DNA from: a virus
Taxonomy: Duplodnaviria; Heunggongvirae; Uroviricota; Caudoviricetes
Virus record (IMG/VR): IMGVR_UViG_3300029509_000119
Coordinates: 63,909-127,908 of that record
Direction: 5' to 3' (one strand)
DNA: 64,000 nucleotides
Of this stretch, positions 35,613 to 43,756 are shown piece after piece. Within the stretch, counting starts at the first letter, position 1, and each line of letters begins with the position of its first letter. The notes beneath the pieces were generated by a model. The model did not search any database and had not been told where the DNA came from. It saw only the letters and a list, made by a program, of their open reading frames with translations. Both the position numbers and the translations under genes were made by a program.

Positions 35613-35921
35613 ATGAACGACACCAAAACCTACTACCAGCCAATCTTCCACGATAACGGCACCATCAGCGTGGTCGCCGGAGACAACACCTACGACCACG
35701 CCTACGCAGACAGGCCCATGAACGAAACTATCGTGGAAACCTCCCACAGCAAGCCCAATCCAATCAACTGGAAGCACGTCGTATCCAACTGCGACGAACG
35801 TTGGAACCTCATCAAGGGCGACGCATGCTTGGCGGTTCTGAGCGGCAATTGGGACGTTTTCGAAAGCCGTCACGAAAACAGAATCATGCTCGTCACCCGC
35901 AAGGGAACCCGAATCCTCTGA
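35613..35921 (+). CDS. hypothetical protein
   Basis: ORF 35523..35921 trimmed to 'MNDTKTYYQP...'. RBS AAGGAGAA. The upstream part is promoter read-through. Confidence 0.5.
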   Translation: MNDTKTYYQPIFHDNGTISVVAGDNTYDHAYADRPMNETIVETSHSKPNPINWKHVVSNCDERWNLIKGDACLAVLSGNWDVFESRHENRIMLVTRKGTRIL

Positions 35922-36003
35922 CCCACACCAAAAAGCTCGGGGAGAAGTGGCATCCAGACCACTTCTCCCCTCTCTCATATCCGAAAAAAGAAAGAAAATA
36001 AAT

Positions 36004-36723
36004 ATGAAGGAACGGAATATCTTACTGGAAAACGACCTCATGATGTTAGGTCAGAAACCAATGGACGAACCCGACTCGTCCACCACCATCGAACTGCAAG
36101 AAATCGTAAAGAAAACGGAACGAAAAATGCTGAACCCACCGGCACCACCATTGAAATTCGAACCGAAAACAGCAGACAAGTCCACCGAAAACACCGACGA
36201 AACCGCCAGCAAGACGAGCAAGAAACCCGCTCCAACGGTAAACGAAACCGCTCCGAAAGCCTACAAGCCCGCCACACGAAAAACCAACAAAACCGCACCT
36301 CCGACACCAGTCCCCGCCAATCCGTACGCGCCCGTCGAATACGACTGCAACGGCAAATGGCGTCAACTGTTGACGGGAGTCGCCGTCATCGGAATTCTCG
36401 TGGCGGCAATCGCATTGCTGGTGGGAGCCAAAACATGTTGGCGGTTCATCGCCGTAGGCGCATTGACCGCATTCGCCATGCTCCCGCTCTACGGCTGGTT
36501 CGACGAACTCGAACGGGACATGGCGGTCAAGGCAGTCGAAAAGGATTACGGGATTCGTATTCTGCAAACAAACGGAGGCAATGGACTCGCGGAAGTGCAT
36601 TACATGTTCCAGCAGAATCCAACCGTCGAAGCCGGTATGGTCTCCTATGGTCATGGCTTGGCATGGTTGCGGAGCGCGGGCGGCAAGAAGATTGTCGGAC
36701 GAAAGCAGCAGGTGGAAAGGTGA
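36004..36723 (+). CDS. membrane protein with low-complexity P/T/K-rich N-terminal region
   Basis: ORF 35947..36723 trimmed to 'MKERNIL...'. Two TM helices (LLTGVAVIGILVAAIALLVGA; FIAVGALTAFAMLPLYGWF). Confidence 0.5.
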   Translation: MKERNILLENDLMMLGQKPMDEPDSSTTIELQEIVKKTERKMLNPPAPPLKFEPKTADKSTENTDETASKTSKKPAPTVNETAPKAYKPATRKTNKTAPPTPVPANPYAPVEYDCNGKWRQLLTGVAVIGILVAAIALLVGAKTCWRFIAVGALTAFAMLPLYGWFDELERDMAVKAVEKDYGIRILQTNGGNGLAEVHYMFQQNPTVEAGMVSYGHGLAWLRSAGGKKIVGRKQQVER

Positions 36724-37097
36724 TGTCCAGCACGGTCAAGGCCGCACGTTTTCCCGCGTTCTTTTTCAACGGCGTGCGGCAAGGGCTTAAAACCGCGCTT
36801 ATGCCGCACGCTTGCATATCCGACCCGTTGCCTCCCATGCCGACCGTACGCGATTGGCTTCAAGCCCACGGCGGCACCGGCATGGACACGGACGCATTCG
36901 ACCGGTGCGAGAGCGAATGGTATGAACTGCTGGAGCTGCGCGAACGGCAGATGAACGTGTTTTTGGCTGGCTTGTTCGTGGGCACGCTGGTGTATGCGAT
37001 TGCGGCGCTTGCATTGCTGGCGCTTATTGGCTGGTTGTTGTATTCGTTGGTTCCGTTTGATGGTTTCGGACGTTTTGTCGATTGGGTTCGGGGTTGA
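36723..37097 (+). CDS. membrane protein
   Basis: ATG at 36723 overlapping the previous stop (TGATG). C-terminal TM helices 'FLAGLFVGTLVYAIAALALLALIGWLLYSL'. Confidence 0.45.
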   Translation: MSSTVKAARFPAFFFNGVRQGLKTALMPHACISDPLPPMPTVRDWLQAHGGTGMDTDAFDRCESEWYELLELRERQMNVFLAGLFVGTLVYAIAALALLALIGWLLYSLVPFDGFGRFVDWVRG

Positions 37098-37112
37098 GCG
37101 TTTCTCTATTCT

Positions 37113-37140
37113 GTGCTATATTGGAATTGTTCACACAAAA
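37113..37140 (+). promoter_or_regulatory. copy of conserved promoter/leader motif
   Basis: cTGTGCTATATTGGAATTGTTCACACAAAA. Confidence 0.5.
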
Positions 37141-37167
37141 GAGTCGTTCTCACACACAGGAGAAAAA

Positions 37168-37632
37168 ATGCATAACACCTACAAGGAAACCCTCACAGTC
37201 TGGCCTGTCAACGACGCAACCGGACTGCACCTCTTCAGCACTCCGGAAGCCGCCGAAACCTACGCGGACGAACATCAAGGCGACATGTTGGAGCCAATGC
37301 CCGTCATGTCAGCCCGAACCGTCTGGCATTGCGTGGGATTGAGGTTCATTGGTCGAACCTTCGACTGGAACACCTACACCGTCGAGGAACTCGGATACTC
37401 CACAAAGGAACGTCCGGCCACCGCCACTCGTCCTTCTGTTCGGGTCTTTCCTCTAAATGGCGAGGACTTCGTGTTGGAAGTGTGCGCCGAAACCGAAGAA
37501 AAAGCTCACGAATTGGCTGCGTTCCTTGGTGATTCGGTGGTTCGTTGGGTTGCTAAGGAGGGGAAGCAGAAGCCATCCTTGAGCCATCGTCTTGAGCTTG
37601 CCTTAAAGAATTACGTTGAGGGTCGTGTCTGA
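37168..37632 (+). CDS. hypothetical protein
   Basis: ATG at 37168 with an AGGAGAAAAA RBS. 155 aa. Confidence 0.5.
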   Translation: MHNTYKETLTVWPVNDATGLHLFSTPEAAETYADEHQGDMLEPMPVMSARTVWHCVGLRFIGRTFDWNTYTVEELGYSTKERPATATRPSVRVFPLNGEDFVLEVCAETEEKAHELAAFLGDSVVRWVAKEGKQKPSLSHRLELALKNYVEGRV

Positions 37633-37652
37633 TTTCCTTTTCTCTGCATTTT

Positions 37653-37682
37653 TGTGCTATACTGGAATTGTTCACACAAAAA
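37653..37682 (+). promoter_or_regulatory. copy of conserved promoter/leader motif
   Basis: TGTGCTATACTGGAATTGTTCACACAAAAA. Confidence 0.55.
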
Positions 37683-37704
37683 CAGAAAACCAAAAGGAAT
37701 GAAA

Positions 37705-38631
37705 ATGAGCGACAACATCAACTGGAACGAAACCGCAATCTGCGACTTCCTCCGCTTCGAACACAAACCAGAACTCCAAGCGGCATACGATGACAGGAAC
37801 CTCACCAAACTCGCCAACGCCGGACTGGTACAACGCAACGAAGAAAGACACATGTGGACGCTCACCCAAAAAGGAGAAAAGAAACTAGCCGACATCAGAC
37901 AGCATTTCAACTCCGGCAAACTCTCCGAACTCCCGCTCACGCTCCGAAACTACTACTTCGACTGGGGCGAATACGAGATTCACAACCTGCCGGTCAACGC
38001 ACTTTACCAAGTGGCCCTGCAAGACAAGAGCGCGGAGATTCGCAGAAAAACCGCGGAACTGCTCGACAAGTACGACAAGCTCGACAAGGAAACATCGAAC
38101 GCCCTATCCCACGACAAGGATTGGGAGGTTCGTTATATCGCGGCAAAGAAAGCCGACGTCCACAACTTCTTCAAGGAGGATGACGTGCGCGTGGTCAAAA
38201 ACGTCATCCGCAACCATGACATCGATAAGGAATGCTTGTCCCACTGGCTGGAAAGCCCCTACAGTGGGATTCGCGTACAAGCGGCCCTCTTGTCCGATGA
38301 CAGCGAGGTGGACGAAGTGTTCGAACGACTCGAACCGCCAGACGTGGCCCATGTGCTGGACGTTAAACCTCGGTGGGCGACCCGTGAAATCATTATGAAA
38401 GCGTGGGAGGCGGCCGACGAGTCGGAGCGTTGCGAACTGGTTGAGAATATGAGAGACATGCCGGATTCTTTCATCAATCAGGCGTTTAAGGGCGAAGCTC
38501 GATGGACTCTTCGTCTGCGTATGGAGGATTATCGCAAGGCAGTTCGTCAAGTGTTGGAGTTGGGTGCGATGTTCTCCGAGGACAGTGAGATTCGCCGGAA
38601 GATTTGGGAGCGTGCCAAGCGCGAGATTTAG
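37705..38631 (+). CDS. HEAT/leucine-rich-repeat-variant (LRV) repeat protein
   Basis: ATG at 37705 (RBS AAAAGGA). Repeated '..D.DWEVRYIAAKKAD..' and 'SPYSGIRVQAALLSDD' units are typical of LRV/PBS-lyase HEAT repeats. Confidence 0.55.
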   Translation: MSDNINWNETAICDFLRFEHKPELQAAYDDRNLTKLANAGLVQRNEERHMWTLTQKGEKKLADIRQHFNSGKLSELPLTLRNYYFDWGEYEIHNLPVNALYQVALQDKSAEIRRKTAELLDKYDKLDKETSNALSHDKDWEVRYIAAKKADVHNFFKEDDVRVVKNVIRNHDIDKECLSHWLESPYSGIRVQAALLSDDSEVDEVFERLEPPDVAHVLDVKPRWATREIIMKAWEAADESERCELVENMRDMPDSFINQAFKGEARWTLRLRMEDYRKAVRQVLELGAMFSEDSEIRRKIWERAKREI

Positions 38632-38670
38632 CTAAGTGGAGTGTGTGCCGTTTTGGGATGTCTTCATTCA

Positions 38671-38700
38671 TGTGGTATACTGGAATTGTTCACACAAAAA
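38671..38700 (+). promoter_or_regulatory. copy of conserved promoter/leader motif
   Basis: TGTGGTATACTGGAATTGTTCACACAAAAA. Confidence 0.55.
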
Positions 38701-38723
38701 CATAAGAAAAGGACAAAACCGAA

Positions 38724-39014
38724 ATGTTCACCGCAACCGAATTCACCACCGGCGCGAAGGTCATCGTCAACCCAATCGCCATCCACCGCCCGAACGCCGC
38801 ACATGAGATGCTTCTTATCGCTGACAGCAACACCGGCAATGGTCTGTGGTTCGACCCCAACGACTGCGAATGGTACATTAACCTGCAAGGCGACAGCAAC
38901 CTCATGTATGACGCTGAAGTAATCGAGGGCGTGTACGGTGCGGACGAAAACCGAATGGGAAGCCGCGGCAAACGCGAGGCTTGCCGCATATGGTTTCCAG
39001 TTAGGCGAATTTGA
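38724..39014 (+). CDS. hypothetical protein
   Basis: 96 aa. RBS AAAAGGACAAAACC. Confidence 0.5.
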   Translation: MFTATEFTTGAKVIVNPIAIHRPNAAHEMLLIADSNTGNGLWFDPNDCEWYINLQGDSNLMYDAEVIEGVYGADENRMGSRGKREACRIWFPVRRI

Positions 39015-39060
39015 CGAAGCGGCTGGAGACCGATGGGAGCTGGTAGAAGCGTGATATTCT

Positions 39061-39084
39061 CCCCCGCCTCATGAGAGGCGGGGG
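39061..39084 (+). terminator. GC-rich stem-loop (I-shaped terminator-like, no U-tract)
   Basis: cccccgcctc-atga-gaggcggggg, a perfect 10-bp stem, 47 nt after the stop at 39014. Confidence 0.4.
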
Positions 39085-39110
39085 CTTCCTGCTCAAGAAA
39101 AGGGGTAACA

Positions 39111-39410
39111 ATGCGAAAAGCGACATTCGTTAGAAAATACCACGGGCACGGATACGACACCCATATGGTCTATCTTGTCTACAGCTATCGCGGGCACGAA
39201 TACACGGTGTATGAGAACCTAGCCCAAGGCAACGAGCCCCTCGCGTGGCAACACCGCAATGAGCAAAGCCAAATAGACCAGTTGATAGAGCAGGAAGAGG
39301 AAGAAAAGAACGCGAAGCAGAAGCCAAGCCGTTATGAGGACACCGCGCAATATGCCTTCGACCAGTTTTATAACTTTCTCGATGGTGAACCGTCGGACTT
39401 TGACCAATAG
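39111..39410 (+). CDS. hypothetical protein
   Basis: 99 aa. RBS AAAAGGGGTAACA. Confidence 0.5.
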   Translation: MRKATFVRKYHGHGYDTHMVYLVYSYRGHEYTVYENLAQGNEPLAWQHRNEQSQIDQLIEQEEEEKNAKQKPSRYEDTAQYAFDQFYNFLDGEPSDFDQ

Positions 39411-39498
39411 TGGGGAAAATTTCCAAGTCGTGTGGATGCTTTTTGCATTTGCGCGGCTTTTTGTTTTTTTTTTGCGCTTTTGCGCTTTCTTTCAAATA

Positions 39499-39526
39499 TG
39501 ATATACTGGAATCGTTCACACAAATA
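39499..39526 (+). promoter_or_regulatory. copy of conserved promoter/leader motif
   Basis: aTGATATACTGGAATCGTTCACACAAATA. Confidence 0.5.
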
Positions 39527-39543
39527 TGAGAGAAAGAGCCAAA

Positions 39544-39852
39544 ATGAACGAGTATTTCGCACGATTCGGCGCAGCAGACTACAACATCTTCCACAATGGC
39601 AATGCCTCCTATGTCATGTTGCGTGTCGTGGACGAGGACATGACCTACTTCGCCTTGTTCGAGCACATCGAGGGGCATGACGGCGTTGGCTGTAGGATGT
39701 TCAATTCTCCGACTGAGGTGGTTTTGGATGACGCCGTTGACGAGACGTGCTCCGACGAGCAGCTTGCCGACTTTGTTGGACAGTCTGACACCGCTTTCGT
39801 CCACAACATCAATATCCGTAGGATTCTGTATCGCTCCGGCTTTCTGAACTAA
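39544..39852 (+). CDS. hypothetical protein
   Basis: ORF 39526..39852 with the start moved to 'MNEYFARF...'. The first ATG lies inside the conserved leader. Confidence 0.45.
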   Translation: MNEYFARFGAADYNIFHNGNASYVMLRVVDEDMTYFALFEHIEGHDGVGCRMFNSPTEVVLDDAVDETCSDEQLADFVGQSDTAFVHNINIRRILYRSGFLN

Positions 39853-39960
39853 AAGCATGGGAATACGCCCGCAGGAAAACCGTGTGGGTGTATTCCTTTT
39901 TTCTTATGGGCGGGGATTGCGTCTTCTTTTTTGGTTTGCGTTGTGCTTTACCCCAACTTG

Positions 39961-39987
39961 TGTTATATTGGAATTGTTCACACAAAC
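39961..39987 (+). promoter_or_regulatory. copy of conserved promoter/leader motif
   Basis: gTGTTATATTGGAATTGTTCACACAAAC. Confidence 0.5.
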
Positions 39988-40016
39988 AAGGTCGAGAAAA
40001 CCAAGGAGCACACAAC

Positions 40017-40274
40017 ATGTACGTAATCCACTACATCGGCGGCGCAATAAACGTCAAGAAAATGCCCAAAGCCCAAGCAGTCGAATACGCAAAACAAATC
40101 AACGACAACCCCACAGGCGTATTCCCCGAAAGAGTGAAACTCGCACAAAGCGCCGAAGCCCGCGACATCATGCAAAAAAGGCTCTTCGCCCAAAGCATCT
40201 TCCACCGCCACAGCGACGTGTACGGCATGAGCATGAGCGAACTGGTCAACACAGTCAACGAATACTGCTGCTGA
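40017..40274 (+). CDS. hypothetical protein
   Basis: ATG at 40017 with an AAGGAGCA RBS. 85 aa. Confidence 0.5.
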   Translation: MYVIHYIGGAINVKKMPKAQAVEYAKQINDNPTGVFPERVKLAQSAEARDIMQKRLFAQSIFHRHSDVYGMSMSELVNTVNEYCC

Positions 40275-40316
40275 CCGCGCTGGCACCTCCCGTATGCGAC
40301 CGAAAGAAACAATGAA

Positions 40317-41171
40317 ATGGCAGACAAGCAACACAGGGAACGAATCGAAGAACTGCGCAAGGAAATCGAAACCGGCGTAAAGGAGCTGCGAAACTCCGGT
40401 ACTTGGCAGCGCTACCTCGACTTCATGGGACGTTTCCACCAATACAGCTGGAACAACATCCTGCTAATGCTAATGCAATCGAACGGCAACTCGTCGCTGG
40501 TCGCCGGATTCCGCCAATGGCAGACACGCGGGCGCGTCGTGCGCAAAGGCGAACACGGCATGAAAATCTTCGGCTTCAGCACCAGAACCGTCAAAGACGA
40601 AGACGGCAACCCACAGCTAGACGAGAACGGCGACCCTATCCAAAAAGTCTGGTATCCCATCTTGACGGTGTTCGACGTATCCCAGACCGACCCCATCGAT
40701 AAGGAGACCGACCCCATCGAACAGATGAAGCCGTCCGAACTTGAAGGCGCAGACGCACTCGGCCTCGTCGGGCACATGATCGCTTGGCTCGAATCCAAAC
40801 ATTGGCGGGTGGGACACGAGCCGATGGGAAGGGACGTCAAAGGCTATACCACGATGGACGGAAGCAGACGAATCATGCTCAACGAGAAGAATAGTCCGAG
40901 GCAGGACGCCAAGACCATCCTGCATGAAACGGCACACATGCTTCTCCATCAGGGTTTGCCGGAAGGCGAATATGGTCGGCATCGCGGCATCTATGAGACC
41001 GAGGCGGAAAGCGTCGCGTACGTGGTGGCCAAATACATGGGAATGGACACCGGCGAGTATTCCATCCGATATGTGGCGGGTTGGAGCGATGCTGACCCCA
41101 AGCTTGTACGTTCCACTGCCGAGCATGTCCGTAAGGCCGCTGATGAAATCATCAACGCGTTGCATGGCTGA
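40317..41171 (+). CDS. ardC: ArdC-like anti-restriction protein (N-terminal ssDNA-binding domain plus C-terminal zincin-like HExxH metalloprotease domain)
   Basis: 'RFHQYSWNNILLMLMQSNGNSSLVAGFRQWQTRGRVVRKGEHGMKIF' matches the ArdC N-terminal (DUF1738) signature. 'ILHETAHMLLHQ' is the HExxH motif. Confidence 0.75.
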   Translation: MADKQHRERIEELRKEIETGVKELRNSGTWQRYLDFMGRFHQYSWNNILLMLMQSNGNSSLVAGFRQWQTRGRVVRKGEHGMKIFGFSTRTVKDEDGNPQLDENGDPIQKVWYPILTVFDVSQTDPIDKETDPIEQMKPSELEGADALGLVGHMIAWLESKHWRVGHEPMGRDVKGYTTMDGSRRIMLNEKNSPRQDAKTILHETAHMLLHQGLPEGEYGRHRGIYETEAESVAYVVAKYMGMDTGEYSIRYVAGWSDADPKLVRSTAEHVRKAADEIINALHG

Positions 41172-41304
41172 AACCGTCCACCGGCGTCTCACGGGTTCTC
41201 CAAGGGGCTGTCCTTTGGCGGACGCTGCCACGAAGTGTCCGCCAGCAAAAATTCTCGGCTGGGGTCAAGTAGGGCGTGTGCTGTTTTTAGGTTTGTCATT
41301 TATA

Positions 41305-41333
41305 TGATATACTGGGATTGTCCACACAAACAA
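41305..41333 (+). promoter_or_regulatory. copy of conserved promoter/leader motif
   Basis: aTGATATACTGGGATTGTCCACACAAACAA. Confidence 0.5.
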
Positions 41334-41364
41334 GGGTTCGCCCCATACAGAACAAGGAAAAAGA

Positions 41365-41727
41365 ATGTACTTGAAAATCAACGAAGACACCTACCGGAAA
41401 CTCATCGACAAGCTCTCCGAAATCCCATACGTGACCGGAGCGCACGCCACTCACGCCATCTTCGGAGATGGAATCGAAGTCGCATTCCAATGCCCATACA
41501 TGGGCAAGATGTTCGAATACTACCTTGTGGCAGACTCGCAACGCAACGGCAAACGTTCCTACCGTTGGAGTGGAGGAGTATACACGGTTTCGGTCGAGCA
41601 TTGGATTTTCGACGACGGGGAATACACTCCCGTGGATTTGCCGTCGCATAAGCTGGAATCGTTGGACGTTGACGGACTGTATGACGCGATTGTCGAAGAC
41701 TTGAACAAGGCGCGAAAAGAATTGTAG
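41365..41727 (+). CDS. hypothetical protein
   Basis: 120 aa. RBS AAGGAAAAAG. Confidence 0.5.
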   Translation: MYLKINEDTYRKLIDKLSEIPYVTGAHATHAIFGDGIEVAFQCPYMGKMFEYYLVADSQRNGKRSYRWSGGVYTVSVEHWIFDDGEYTPVDLPSHKLESLDVDGLYDAIVEDLNKARKEL

Positions 41728-41748
41728 GAGCTTGTAAGCTCTAAACAC

Positions 41749-41982
41749 ATGTCGGCGGACTTTCCCTGTTGGAGAGTCTGCCGACCAAACGTCGAAAGTG
41801 GAACCTTGCACATTCATACCGTCTCCGAACAGGAGATTGAAAAGAACCTACCGGAACTGCCCCCTCATATGGAGGATGGTTTCAGCCTAAAACAGTTGGA
41901 AATCCTGCATGACTATGCGGTGGAAGCATTCACAGCCGGAATCGCATACGCAAACAAGCACTCCAAAGGAGCCAATCGATGA
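41749..41982 (+). CDS. hypothetical protein
   Basis: 77 aa with a weak RBS. Its stop overlaps the next gene's start. Confidence 0.35.
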   Translation: MSADFPCWRVCRPNVESGTLHIHTVSEQEIEKNLPELPPHMEDGFSLKQLEILHDYAVEAFTAGIAYANKHSKGANR

Positions 41983-43010
41983 ATGGGAAACCGTGGGTCA
42001 TTTCCATCCCACCGTTCAAATGTCCGGACAATTTGACCGGAATCCCCGACTATTACATTCAAGCGTGGGAAAAATACGTGGGCAAAGTCCAACCGGAAGG
42101 AGGGAACCGAGAGGATTGGATTGAACTCTGCGCCCGTCTTTACTGGGGCACCCGCAATCTAGGAGATGACGCCATCGTCCGTATTTGCGACAGGGATGAC
42201 GTCAACCCCCGCGACCTGATTGGACTCCCCCACTTCGGTCCGGTGTTGAGAATGCCAAGCATCGACCAGATTGGCGACCCTTCCAAAGCGGACATGTACG
42301 CCATCAATCCGAACGTGCGTATGCTCATGCACCGTAAGACACGACTCAGTTCGGTTCACGAGGATGATGTCAGTCAAGCGTTCAATTCCCTTATCGGCGA
42401 AGGGGTATCCGACTTCTTCGTCAAATACACGCACCGGAGCAAACGACTGCCGAACCTGAAACTGTCCGGCACCGACGTTGACCAGCTCGCCCAGCAGGTA
42501 CATGACTGGGGCGAATGGGCGTTCATCATGGCGGACGACGACCCGAACGCACTGCTTATCCAACAGTATGCGGACATCCGATACGAATACCGCATGTTCA
42601 TGGTAGGCGACCAGCCCGTATGCGGCGCTGGCAATATTGGCATGAAAACCCCTATCGACAACATGCATACAAGATTCGACCCTCAAGTACAGGAGCATCG
42701 TGATGACGGTACGGTGGATAATGTCGTAGTCAAACCTGAATTGGTTGAACGGTATCGCGAGTTCGCGGTAAGAGCCGGACGCATGCTCTCACACTGCGGC
42801 TACGCCGCGTATGTCCTCGACCTGTGTCTTATTGATGATGAGGTTTCCATTGTCGAATTGAACGGCATGATGAACGCCGGACTGTTCGCATTGAACATGA
42901 ACGACTTGACCATCGCTTTAAGGCTTAACTGGGAGCAATGCGTTCCGCCCGTTCTGGCTTCCCCCACCGACTCCATTCGTAGGAGGAAGCCAAGGGAAGA
43001 AAGGAGATGA
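41979..43010 (+). CDS. ATP-grasp domain protein
   Basis: The C-terminal half carries 'EYRMFMVGDQPV' and 'VSIVELNGMMNAGLFALN', characteristic of the ATP-grasp fold. 343 aa. Confidence 0.6.
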   Translation: MNGKPWVISIPPFKCPDNLTGIPDYYIQAWEKYVGKVQPEGGNREDWIELCARLYWGTRNLGDDAIVRICDRDDVNPRDLIGLPHFGPVLRMPSIDQIGDPSKADMYAINPNVRMLMHRKTRLSSVHEDDVSQAFNSLIGEGVSDFFVKYTHRSKRLPNLKLSGTDVDQLAQQVHDWGEWAFIMADDDPNALLIQQYADIRYEYRMFMVGDQPVCGAGNIGMKTPIDNMHTRFDPQVQEHRDDGTVDNVVVKPELVERYREFAVRAGRMLSHCGYAAYVLDLCLIDDEVSIVELNGMMNAGLFALNMNDLTIALRLNWEQCVPPVLASPTDSIRRRKPREERR

Positions 43011-43014
43011 TAGT

Positions 43015-43380
43015 TTGCTTGGCGGACGAATACGATTCGACGACCACCCGACTCGCGCTGTGTTCGACACCGTGGAACTTCCCACGAACGGTTCCTACGC
43101 GCTCTACCGCGTGTACCTGCGTTCTTGGCAACGACACTCCTGCCGACCGGAAGCGGAGAATGCTCCCATGTTCGACGCGATATGTCCGAAGGGATGGTGC
43201 CGGTGGATGGTGCACATGAGCATCCTGAACTATCTGGATGGGATAGGCCGGTTGGGGTGGCCTAAAACAGGCGGAGTCGTTTGGCAACATAGGACAATCG
43301 ACCCCTATGCTTGCCAACTTTCCGCTGGCTCCCGTATCCCGATGGTTGATTTTCGCGCGGACGCATCGAGTTTCAGGTGA
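43015..43380 (+). CDS. hypothetical protein
   Basis: 121 aa. TTG start 8 nt after an AAGGAG RBS. Confidence 0.4.
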   Translation: MLGGRIRFDDHPTRAVFDTVELPTNGSYALYRVYLRSWQRHSCRPEAENAPMFDAICPKGWCRWMVHMSILNYLDGIGRLGWPKTGGVVWQHRTIDPYACQLSAGSRIPMVDFRADASSFR

Positions 43381-43433
43381 GCAAACGTCAAATCCATCTG
43401 GAAACAAGCAGGAATCAACGAAAAGAAAACAAA

Positions 43434-43754
43434 ATGAAACTCACATACCCCATCATCATCATCCCCGACCATGAAAACCTCGGCACTTACGCCGTTGAAA
43501 TCCCCGACCTCCCCGGATGTACTACCGGAGGCAACAGCCTAGCCGAAGCGTTATCCATGGCCGAAGACGCGGCCAGCGGATGGGTTCTTACCGAACTAGA
43601 GGCGGGCAATCCGGCACCCAAAGCCAGCGACATGCGTTCCATCAAAACTGATGAACCAGATGCAATGGTCAGTATCATCATGCTTGACGTCAACGACCGC
43701 AATGATGAGCATTGCGGCTTGTCCCCGTCCGGCAGTGCCAGTGAACGGCTGTAA
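43434..43754 (+). CDS. HicB-family antitoxin-like protein (UPF0150/YcfA fold)
   Basis: ORF 43377..43754 trimmed to 'MKLTYPIIIIPDHENLGTYAVEIPDLPGCTTGGNSLAEALSMAEDAASGWV'. This is the canonical HicB N-terminal motif. No hicA seen. Confidence 0.6.
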   Translation: MKLTYPIIIIPDHENLGTYAVEIPDLPGCTTGGNSLAEALSMAEDAASGWVLTELEAGNPAPKASDMRSIKTDEPDAMVSIIMLDVNDRNDEHCGLSPSGSASERL

Positions 43755-43756
43755 CC

